Source: Candidatus Saccharimonadota bacterium
Lineage (GTDB): Bacteria; Patescibacteriota; Saccharimonadia; CAILAD01; BJGX01
DNA length: 64,000 nucleotides
Direction: 5' to 3'
Assembly (NCBI GenBank): GCA_046350735.1
Contig: JAXLZU010000001.1
Span: 493,767-557,766, forward strand
Positions 38,744-46,152 of this stretch are shown one piece after another. The notes beneath the pieces were generated by a model that worked only from the letters and a program-made list of their open reading frames with translations, did no database searches and was not told the DNA's origin. The position numbers were made by a program, and so were the translations under genes. Position 1 is the stretch's first letter; the number at the start of each line of letters is the position of its first letter.

Positions 38744-39829
38744 ATGAAACAATTTATTAGTAAGCTTAGCAATATGTTAGAGGCAGTAACTCTAGCAATG
38801 CATCAGCTAGGCCTCGATAATGATAGAAAAACATTATCTCAGCTCGAAACACAAATGCTTGAGAGTGATTTTTGGAGCAACCCTGATTCTGCCGAAGTAA
38901 TAACTCGCCAAGCTGCCGAATTGCGTCGCTATATCGATACCTGGCAGACATTAGCTGAAGACCTTTCTCTTACACTAGAGCTTATCGAGATAGAAGCTGA
39001 TGATTCTGCAGAAGCACAATTTGCGTCTACGGTGGCTGATTTGGAAAAGCGCTATGATGAGTTAATGATAGCCACCAAGCTAAACGGTGAGTTTGATAAA
39101 AACCCAGCATTAGTACAAATTTCCGCTGGTGTTGGTGGGACTGATGCTCAAGACTGGGCCGAAATGCTTATGACGATGTATATAAAATATGCCAATTCTC
39201 ATAATCTTGCTGTGGAGGTATTAGAAACCAGCTATGGCGAAGAGGCCGGCATCAAGTCTGCTACATTACGTATTTCAGGGCCTTTTGCCTATGGCAAATT
39301 ACTAGCAGAGAAAGGCGTGCACCGTCTAGTGCGGCTCAGCCCTTTTAATAGTGATAACTTGCGACAAACAAGTTTTGCTCTAGTAGATGTTGTGCCCGAA
39401 CTAACCGACACACACATTCATCTTGATGAGAAAGATTTAAAAATTGACACATATCGTAGTAGTGGGCATGGCGGACAAAGTGTTAATACTACCGATTCTG
39501 CTGTGCGTATAACTCACCTCCCCACTGGCCTAACAGTAGCTATTCAAAATGAACGTTCGCAGCTAAAAAATAAGCAACGTGCCCTGAGTATTTTGCAATC
39601 TAAATTAGCAGAATTAGCACGTTCACAAAAACTCGATGATATTTCTAAACTTCGAGGAACGGTAAAGTCGGCAGATTGGGGTGCCCAAATTAGAAGTTAC
39701 GTGCTACATCCCTATAATAAAGTAAAAGACCATCGTACTAGTTATGAAACAAGTGATACCGCTGGTGTATTAGGTGGTGAGATTGAGCCGTTTATAGAGG
39801 CATATTTAGATCAGAAAATTAAAAAATAA
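38744..39829 (+). CDS. prfB: Peptide chain release factor 2 (contiguous ORF, no programmed frameshift)
   Basis: SPF tripeptide (RLSPFNSD) and GGQ (SGHGGQSVNTT); full N-terminal domain in-frame. Confidence 0.85.
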   Translation: MKQFISKLSNMLEAVTLAMHQLGLDNDRKTLSQLETQMLESDFWSNPDSAEVITRQAAELRRYIDTWQTLAEDLSLTLELIEIEADDSAEAQFASTVADLEKRYDELMIATKLNGEFDKNPALVQISAGVGGTDAQDWAEMLMTMYIKYANSHNLAVEVLETSYGEEAGIKSATLRISGPFAYGKLLAEKGVHRLVRLSPFNSDNLRQTSFALVDVVPELTDTHIHLDEKDLKIDTYRSSGHGGQSVNTTDSAVRITHLPTGLTVAIQNERSQLKNKQRALSILQSKLAELARSQKLDDISKLRGTVKSADWGAQIRSYVLHPYNKVKDHRTSYETSDTAGVLGGEIEPFIEAYLDQKIKK

Positions 39830-39879
39830 GTAAACAAAAAGACCCAAGAAACATAGTTCTGGGTCTTTTTTGCAAAGTA

Positions 39880-41139
39880 TTATCGAGATTTGTTAACTTT
39901 GGTGGTAACTAAACCTTTTTTACTTTTACGATACGCACGGGTAAATCCGGCAAGTCCGGTCATACCAAGAGCAGCAGCCAAGCCAGACTCCATACCAGTT
40001 GCTGGCAAACTAGGTGAGCCAGGAGTTGGTGTAGGAGTTGGGGTTGGAGGAATTGGAGTTGGTGTAGGCGTTGGGGTTACTACATTGGCAGTATCACAAA
40101 CTGGGAATGGTTCTTCGTTAGAACGAACACATGCACTATTTGTAAATGTACCAGTTGCATCAGGCTTTACAGTTACCTGCATCAGCACGTAGCCATTTAC
40201 CTTTGCGGTGTAGTCGCCAACACTTTGGCCACCAGCAGTAAAGAGCGTATTGTCTGGCAATGCCATACCATTTGGGTTCTCGGTATTGTAGAGCTTAATC
40301 GTACCTGGGATAAGCTGCACTTGAGCAGGTAATTTATCGGTTAGGGCAAGATTGTGCTGTACAACGTTTGCTGAGTTGTTAAAGTCGATTTTGTAGTATA
40401 GTCTATCACCTGGTTTAGCTTCTACAGATTTTGCAAAAGCCTGACTAGGATGAGCAACTGTCTTAGTAATTGCAAGCGGAACAGCTTCTACTTTTACTTT
40501 AACAATTACATACTCGGCATACTCAAAACATCCTGGAATGTTACCATCAGCTTGGTTTTCACCAATTAATGCACCGGTAGTAACAATACTATCAGAGAGC
40601 TTTAAGTTAGCATTTTGGCGGGTAACGGCATGAGCCGAACCAGCAACATAGCTAAGATGGAATGGTGTACCATTAGCACTTTTAAACTCGGTGGTGTCAA
40701 ACACACTGCCTGGTTGTGCATTCGATGCACTAATCTGACTAACTGCATTCATAGCAGTACCAACTGTACTGGGTAGTTGGATTTTAACTGTCGTATTACG
40801 GGCTACACCCGGACCATCAAAGTTGGCACCGTTTAGGTTGGGGCCAGCGTTGTTGTGTACATATGTACGCAAGTAAATTTCTTGTCCAGGTTGTACATTT
40901 TGTACGTCTGTATAGGTAGGATTAGCACTTTGGGCGCTATCGAAGAATTCTGTTTCGTTACCATACCCTGGGGTATTGTAAAACGAGTTAAAGGTTACAT
41001 GATCAAAGCCTGGGGTATTTGGACCGTCCCATTTACGGGTTTCTCGGTTAGGATACCAACCAGCAATGGTCATAAGCGGCGCTGCAATGGCAACAAGGGT
41101 TGCAAGTGAGGCCAAACCTATCTTGGTTGCGAGTTTCAT
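39880..41139 (-). CDS. LPXTG-anchored cell-surface protein (sortase substrate)
   Basis: N-terminal signal peptide; beta-rich body; PT-repeat linker (PTPTPTPIPPTPTPTPTP); LPATG followed by a hydrophobic segment and basic tail RAYRKSKKG. Confidence 0.7.
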   Translation of the reverse strand: MKLATKIGLASLATLVAIAAPLMTIAGWYPNRETRKWDGPNTPGFDHVTFNSFYNTPGYGNETEFFDSAQSANPTYTDVQNVQPGQEIYLRTYVHNNAGPNLNGANFDGPGVARNTTVKIQLPSTVGTAMNAVSQISASNAQPGSVFDTTEFKSANGTPFHLSYVAGSAHAVTRQNANLKLSDSIVTTGALIGENQADGNIPGCFEYAEYVIVKVKVEAVPLAITKTVAHPSQAFAKSVEAKPGDRLYYKIDFNNSANVVQHNLALTDKLPAQVQLIPGTIKLYNTENPNGMALPDNTLFTAGGQSVGDYTAKVNGYVLMQVTVKPDATGTFTNSACVRSNEEPFPVCDTANVVTPTPTPTPIPPTPTPTPTPGSPSLPATGMESGLAAALGMTGLAGFTRAYRKSKKGLVTTKVNKSR

Positions 41140-41300
41140 AAAAAACTCCTTTCATTGGTTAAAAAATTGGCACTGTTTTGACAAACTCCAATTAATATTT
41201 CAAAGATCGTGCGTTCGCTATAAATAATATCATACATAAGCGCTTATGTCAATACTTTTTATGGTAGTTTATTATCGAGAGTATATCTGTTAAATTTTTC

Positions 41301-41338
41301 ACAAAAAGAAAAGCCCCCTACCGAATTTCGGTAGGGGG
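41301..41338 (-). terminator. Rho-independent terminator downstream of the 41357-42298 gene
   Basis: Perfect 10-bp stem ccccctaccg / cggtaggggg with loop aattt (41314-41338); on the minus strand followed by cttttctttttgt. Confidence 0.6.
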
Positions 41339-41356
41339 TATAAGGTTTTGTCACAC

Positions 41357-42298
41357 TCAGGCGGGTGCCGTCGGTGGTGAAGTAATGGGCACTGACACTG
41401 TCGGCTGCGGTTGAGGCAGTGGTGCCGGCGGCGGAAGAACCGTCGATGGCGGCGTAACAGTGACAGTCGGCTGCGTAGAATCCGGCGGGCGTGGCGTCGG
41501 CGGACCCACCCCAGGCTGACAGGGACGGGCCGGATCGGCACACTGCGCCGGTGTAGGCGGCACATACGGCTTACAGCCCTGCGGGACCGTACATGTCACG
41601 ATAGAAGTAGTGGTTGTAGACGGTAGTGGTGGCGGTGTCGTCGTCGGAACACAATCACTCTTACAGCCGGGCGTTGGAGTCGGTCCACCACTGGGTGGTG
41701 GGCCACCAGGTACCTCTGGAGGAGGCGGAAACTGTCCCACGGGCTGATAGCCGCAGTCGAGCTTGTAGTTCCACTCGCTCCCATCCGGGCACGAGAAGCG
41801 CAACACCTGGTAACTCGGTCGGTCAGGATCGGCTGGGTAGCTCGACGGAATCGGCTGAGTGCCACGCATATACATCGTCTGATACGGACCAGACATGTCC
41901 ACCACCGAAGCAGAACACTTCGCCTCTGCGGCTTCCATCATGCCGACGGCACCTGCCCAAGAGGCACGGTCGTTGACATAGTTGTTGGTCGCATCGAGCA
42001 TCGACTCGGTAGAGGCATATGCCCTCGACTGATATGCGGCGTGCTGCGCTACCAGAGCGGGGTCGCTACAACGACGGGTGTGCAACTCGGCCTTGGCAGC
42101 ATCCACCTCGGTGGGGGCAGCAGGACCGTTGTTGTCAACATCTACCTTATAGCGATAGTAATCCACCGTAGAAGCGCACTCACCAGCTGGCGGTCCACCG
42201 GGTGGCGGCTGCGCGTCCACTCGTGCCACAATGGGCACGATGAGGAGCAGTGCCACTACTGCCGCCAAACTAAAACCAAGCAAAAATCGCCTTCGCAT
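41357..42298 (-). CDS. Secreted Cys- and Pro-rich hypothetical protein (GC-rich gene)
   Basis: Real start ATG at 42298 gives MRRRFLLGFSLAAVVALLLIVPIVARVDAQ signal peptide. Mature protein has paired Cys and a PT/P-rich C-terminus. The ORF-track N-terminal 133 codons are an upstream read-through. Confidence 0.5.
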   Translation of the reverse strand: MRRRFLLGFSLAAVVALLLIVPIVARVDAQPPPGGPPAGECASTVDYYRYKVDVDNNGPAAPTEVDAAKAELHTRRCSDPALVAQHAAYQSRAYASTESMLDATNNYVNDRASWAGAVGMMEAAEAKCSASVVDMSGPYQTMYMRGTQPIPSSYPADPDRPSYQVLRFSCPDGSEWNYKLDCGYQPVGQFPPPPEVPGGPPPSGGPTPTPGCKSDCVPTTTPPPLPSTTTTSIVTCTVPQGCKPYVPPTPAQCADPARPCQPGVGPPTPRPPDSTQPTVTVTPPSTVLPPPAPLPQPQPTVSVPITSPPTAPA

Positions 42299-42388
42299 CT
42301 GATCTGTATTCAAGGTACATCCTTCCTTTTCGGGAACTTGGGAACAGGACACTTTCTCACATACCATATATGAGAAAGTCGCTATTAG

Positions 42389-42433
42389 CAAGAAAAAAAT
42401 CTCTGGTGGGGGTCTTTTGCAAGACCCCCACCA
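42389..42433 (-). terminator. Rho-independent terminator downstream of the 42454-43182 gene
   Basis: Perfect 13-bp stem tggtgggggtctt / aagacccccacca with loop ttgc (42404-42433); a T7 tract follows on the minus strand. Confidence 0.65.
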
Positions 42434-42453
42434 GGACAAAAAAGTGAGAAAAA

Positions 42454-43182
42454 TTACTGGGCAGCCGCTGCCGGTGCATTGCCAGCTTGGCCAGCGTTGG
42501 CTGGAGCTGGTGCCGGTGCCGGTGCCGGCGGAGCTGCAGGCAACTCGAGCGTCGGCGCAGGTGCCGGTGCCGGATTGGCAGCAGCATTGGCCGGCGGAGC
42601 CGCATCGGCGCGATTCTGGCCGCGGTTGACGACAAAACTCAGCACGAAGGCAAGAGCAAACATCAACACCACACCACAGGCAGTAGAAACAATCCACATT
42701 CGTGCCGGGTCGGCCGGGATATCCACAATCAACTTGTTCTGAGCATCAGCGAAGTGCTTGCCCAGACCGTACTGCTCGAACACCCAGAAGTACCAGAACG
42801 GAATCGAAACGAGACCAATCACAAACGAGACCAGCATCACCATCGCCCAGTCAACACGGTCGCCCATGCGCTCGAAGATGGCAATAAACCAGTTATCATG
42901 GGTGGCGATCTGCTGATCGTGACGATCAACATGGGTCGCAGTGGTCTCATGCGCCTGGCGGAGCATGTCCTGCTGCTGGCCCTGACGATCAACCAGACCA
43001 GTCAAATCACCCAAATGGGTCTCAACCACATCAACACGACCCTCAAGTGCGCCAATCTGTGCACCCTGAGCCTGAAAACGACGACCAACTGCCTGATTGT
43101 GCGCGTGCTGTGCCCGATCACGGGCCTCGACACGCTCAGCAATACGGCGCAAATTGGCTTGAATTCGCTCTGCCTCTGTCAT
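42454..43182 (-). CDS. Hypothetical membrane protein: N-terminal coiled-coil, two TM helices, Ala/Pro-rich C-terminal tail (GC-rich gene)
   Basis: ATG at 43182 with GGAGA SD; heptad N-terminus; TM helices MVMLVSFVIGLVSIPFWYFWVF and IVSTACGVVLMFALAFVLSFVV; tail PAPAPAPAPA. Confidence 0.5.
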   Translation of the reverse strand: MTEAERIQANLRRIAERVEARDRAQHAHNQAVGRRFQAQGAQIGALEGRVDVVETHLGDLTGLVDRQGQQQDMLRQAHETTATHVDRHDQQIATHDNWFIAIFERMGDRVDWAMVMLVSFVIGLVSIPFWYFWVFEQYGLGKHFADAQNKLIVDIPADPARMWIVSTACGVVLMFALAFVLSFVVNRGQNRADAAPPANAAANPAPAPAPTLELPAAPPAPAPAPAPANAGQAGNAPAAAAQ

Positions 43183-43275
43183 TCTATTTGTTCTCCTCTA
43201 TCGGGGACTAGAAGGTACCGCGTACGTGTCACAACCTAAGTTATGCCACGTAGTAAGACTTCTATAAGTAAAGCT

Positions 43276-43305
43276 GGCAGAGGTGGGTGTTACCCCACCC
43301 CTGCC
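43276..43305 (-). terminator. Probable terminator downstream of the 43319-44209 gene
   Basis: 12-bp stem ggcagaggtggg / cccacccctgcc (one mismatch) with loop tgttac; weak T-run on the minus strand. Confidence 0.45.
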
Positions 43306-43318
43306 GAAAAAAGAGATA

Positions 43319-44209
43319 CTAGCTATCGAGTAGCTCGACCAAGCTGCGACAACCCTTCACAAACCAATCATCATCAAGATCACTCAGAGGGTCAGCAGGG
43401 TCGACAGTGATGTACTCGAGGCCAGTCACCGGCGAGGAGTCATCAGTCTGCAGACTGTCATCGGTCGGGTCGGCCTTTGCGGTCGGCTTTGCATCGCCTT
43501 CACCCAACCCGTTGCCAGGCTCTTCGTAATCGAACGGCTTCTTGTCGTCTGGCTTAGAAACGCTTTGCAGCGCCTCAGCAACCTTCTTACGTGAAACCAT
43601 AGTCTTGGCATTACTGCCCTTAGCTGCATCAGCAAGAGCCAGTACATCAACTACGGTACACTTCAGAAAGGCTGCCAACTCACCAGCAGCAACCAAATCG
43701 GCATCGACATCCGGCTTCGGTTCGACGTACTCGCGCGGAGTGATATCGTTCCAGGCCAACTTACCCTGCAAGAAGCTTCTCACCTGCGCATTCAAATTAG
43801 CATAATCAACTCGCTTGCCATCTCGCTTGAGCTCGCAACGGCGATACACCAAGCCACTCAAGACACGAACGACAGCAATAATGGGTAGATCCTGCTGATT
43901 GCTCAGCGTAATAACCAGCATTTGTGTTTCAGCATCTGACGCCGCAATGGCATCGAGAGCTGGTGAGATCTGACGGTCAAACTTGCGCAAGTCAGTAGGG
44001 TCAGCACTAGCAATCGCAGTCAGCACCAAGCTAATTGAGTCAGATACCGCACTGGCTTCAGAATCATCATCAGCAGCAGCTTCATCGCCCTGACTATCTG
44101 CATCATCTGTGTGTTCGTCAGAAGCATCCGGCCTTGACTCATTCAGAACTTCATCAAAAGCCTTGCTGAGATCATCATCATTCAAACCAAGATCATCATC
44201 AGCCATCGT
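43319..44209 (-). CDS. Hypothetical highly acidic protein (GC-rich gene)
   Basis: Probable start ATG (MADDDLGL) at 44209 preceded by aagaagagagagg SD; the track start is an upstream TTG. Asp/Glu-rich termini, central alpha-helical core. Confidence 0.45.
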   Translation of the reverse strand, partial: TMADDDLGLNDDDLSKAFDEVLNESRPDASDEHTDDADSQGDEAAADDDSEASAVSDSISLVLTAIASADPTDLRKFDRQISPALDAIAASDAETQMLVITLSNQQDLPIIAVVRVLSGLVYRRCELKRDGKRVDYANLNAQVRSFLQGKLAWNDITPREYVEPKPDVDADLVAAGELAAFLKCTVVDVLALADAAKGSNAKTMVSRKKVAEALQSVSKPDDKKPFDYEEPGNGLGEGDAKPTAKADPTDDSLQTDDSSPVTGLEYITVDPADPLSDLDDDWFVKGCRSLVELLDS

Positions 44210-44267
44210 TGCCTCTCTCTTCTTTCGGTTCAAGGAACCTGGTTACCGGAATTGATAACCAAGTAAT

Positions 44268-44317
44268 TAAATCGAAAAAAAACTTGGTGTTGGGGCACCC
44301 TCGCACCCCAACACCAA
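44268..44317 (-). terminator. Rho-independent terminator downstream of the 44329-45618 gene
   Basis: Perfect 12-bp stem ttggtgttgggg / ccccaacaccaa (44284-44317); a T8 tract follows on the minus strand. Confidence 0.6.
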
Positions 44318-44328
44318 ACACAATTACG

Positions 44329-45618
44329 TTACAAAAGAGCTTTGGCCTTCTTAATAATCTCAGCCTTACGGGCACGTGCCTCTTCGGGACTAAGACCATC
44401 AATCTCGCTACGCATAAAGGCCTTAACAGAGCGAAGTAGACGCTCGCGCGCTTCGCTACCACTCTCGTCGGCAACTAGCGCCGGGGCGGACGGGGTCTGC
44501 ACGGGCCGCCGAGCAAGCAAGTTCTTCTCTTTGGCAGCATCTCGCTCAGCCCACTCGCGTTGCTTTTCAGCAAGAAGTGCACGAAGTTGATTGGCATCAG
44601 CACCCTTAATCAGTTCGCTCCTTAGCCAACCGAGAAGAGTGCTATCTACTGAAAGATCAAGTAGCCGAGCAATGTCTTCCATGAGCGCTTCATTGTCCGT
44701 GCGTGTCATGAGGATGTAATTGCGAGGAGTATCACTGTCCTCACTACGCGGAACCGATTCGCGAATAAGTTGACGAAGAGCTTCAGTATCACCAGGGTTA
44801 GTGCCGGCGGCCAACTCTTGATCGGCAACCCGCCTGTCAAACTGACCCTGGTAACGCGAACCCTCACTGCCCTTCCAGGGATTGTTATCCTCACCTAGAA
44901 TGGAATCATAACTCAGCAGCCAAACACCATTACTGCGGGCTTGGCGCAAGCGAACCGTCTCGGCCCGGGGCACCAGGACATGTACATCGCCAATCTCAAC
45001 TTCTTCTACTTTACTAGCAAACTCACCAGCAAGATGAGAAAGATAGGCAGCAAGCTGTGTCAGATAATCTTCTTTGGGCTCATCGCCAGACTTAGTAGTT
45101 TCTTCACTATCAGTCTGCACTGGGTTTGCACCGGCCTTAATTGCAGCAATTTCCTCATCTGTGTACGTCAGCCAGTACACCTGGCTATACACACACATTA
45201 GTGCCTGATCAATAGTTTCGCTTGCAGCTAGACATTCCATAATCTTATCGGCGGCCTGACCATTGTTAGGTCGGACTACCTTATAATTATCATCAAGCTT
45301 CATATAGCGATGGTGAACCTTGGCGGTTTGTACCATCTCAAGAACAAGAGCCCGAACTTCATTACTGTCAACACCATTTTCGAGTAGACCCTTACACGCA
45401 GTAAGAGTTTCATCGAGCATAGATTTTGCAACTTCAAAGTGGGCAGTCAGGCTGGCTTCATAAAGAGATTTCTTGTCATCTTTATCAATGTCAGGATCTT
45501 CGCTCAACGGTTCTTCTCCTCGTTCGGCAGCGAGTGCTTTCGCAATTCGCTTCTGGTTCTGCCTGACAATTTCGGACACTTCTTCACCTCTCGCTTGTCC
45601 AAGTGGAGCCCTAAGCAC
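44329..45618 (-). CDS. Hypothetical protein, 429 aa (moderately GC-rich gene)
   Basis: Long ORF with GTG start in the track; a later in-frame start is possible; charged, alpha-helical; no family recognised. Confidence 0.45.
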   Translation of the reverse strand: MLRAPLGQARGEEVSEIVRQNQKRIAKALAAERGEEPLSEDPDIDKDDKKSLYEASLTAHFEVAKSMLDETLTACKGLLENGVDSNEVRALVLEMVQTAKVHHRYMKLDDNYKVVRPNNGQAADKIMECLAASETIDQALMCVYSQVYWLTYTDEEIAAIKAGANPVQTDSEETTKSGDEPKEDYLTQLAAYLSHLAGEFASKVEEVEIGDVHVLVPRAETVRLRQARSNGVWLLSYDSILGEDNNPWKGSEGSRYQGQFDRRVADQELAAGTNPGDTEALRQLIRESVPRSEDSDTPRNYILMTRTDNEALMEDIARLLDLSVDSTLLGWLRSELIKGADANQLRALLAEKQREWAERDAAKEKNLLARRPVQTPSAPALVADESGSEARERLLRSVKAFMRSEIDGLSPEEARARKAEIIKKAKALL

Positions 45619-45801
45619 ATTACTACGCTCAGAGCTCCACTCAGAAATTACAAGAAGTAAAAAAAACTATGCATCTATCACTAGATCTTTTGTACTAAAG
45701 TAATTGTAATGTAAACATTTCTACAAAGCTTTTAACAAAACCTCATCAGGTATGATGGTACTACAAAAACTTAAAAAAGTCAATAGTTTTTAACAGGAAT
45801 A

Positions 45802-46146
45802 TTAATCTGTTGGAGTACTGATGTTTTGTATTGCGTCAGCTTCAGCCAACACAGCCTTTCGATTATTCTCGAGCTCGTTAATAGTATCGAGCTCTATCTG
45901 GGCATTCCACTGCTCATAGTTATCTACTTTAGACCTAATAAACTCTTCTACTTGGTCGTCTTGCCCGGAGTCAATAAGCGAGTTGAGCTTATCAATATCT
46001 TCGTCAGAAAGCATTTCGGTAATCTTTTGCATAACACGAGTTGCAACAGTATCGGCTAGTTGTTGTAGCTGTACTTCTTGCTCGTCGGGAGGTAAGTTTT
46101 CGATACCAAGTTTTTGTATAATTTCTTCTTTAGTAATCATATTCAT
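45802..46146 (-). CDS. Hypothetical small acidic helical protein
   Basis: 114 aa; AAAGG SD overlapping the stop of the upstream 548-aa gene, suggesting an operon. Confidence 0.4.
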   Translation of the reverse strand: MNMITKEEIIQKLGIENLPPDEQEVQLQQLADTVATRVMQKITEMLSDEDIDKLNSLIDSGQDDQVEEFIRSKVDNYEQWNAQIELDTINELENNRKAVLAEADAIQNISTPTD

Positions 46147-46152
46147 CCTTTG

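Noticed and set aside
39940-40100. Apparent tandem DNA repeat (ggagttggtgtagg...)
   Set aside because: It encodes the PT-repeat stalk of the LPXTG protein; it is low-complexity coding sequence, not a non-coding repeat or CRISPR array.
42487-43239. 250-aa plus-strand ORF, and the other plus/minus alternative-frame ORFs across 41259-42887, in the GC-rich block
   Set aside because: Antisense or shifted frames of GC-rich coding DNA give long open Arg/Cys/His-rich frames by chance. The minus-strand frames carry the signal peptides, TM helices, SD sequences and terminators.
41301-45660. Straightforward recent transfer from a high-GC actinobacterial host
   Set aside because: Not fully rejected, but hand-translated codons show third-position GC only about 60% and the intergenic spacers are AT-rich with native-looking SD sequences and T-tract terminators. 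A recent, un-ameliorated actinobacterial fragment is therefore unlikely; it is kept as a finding with caveats.
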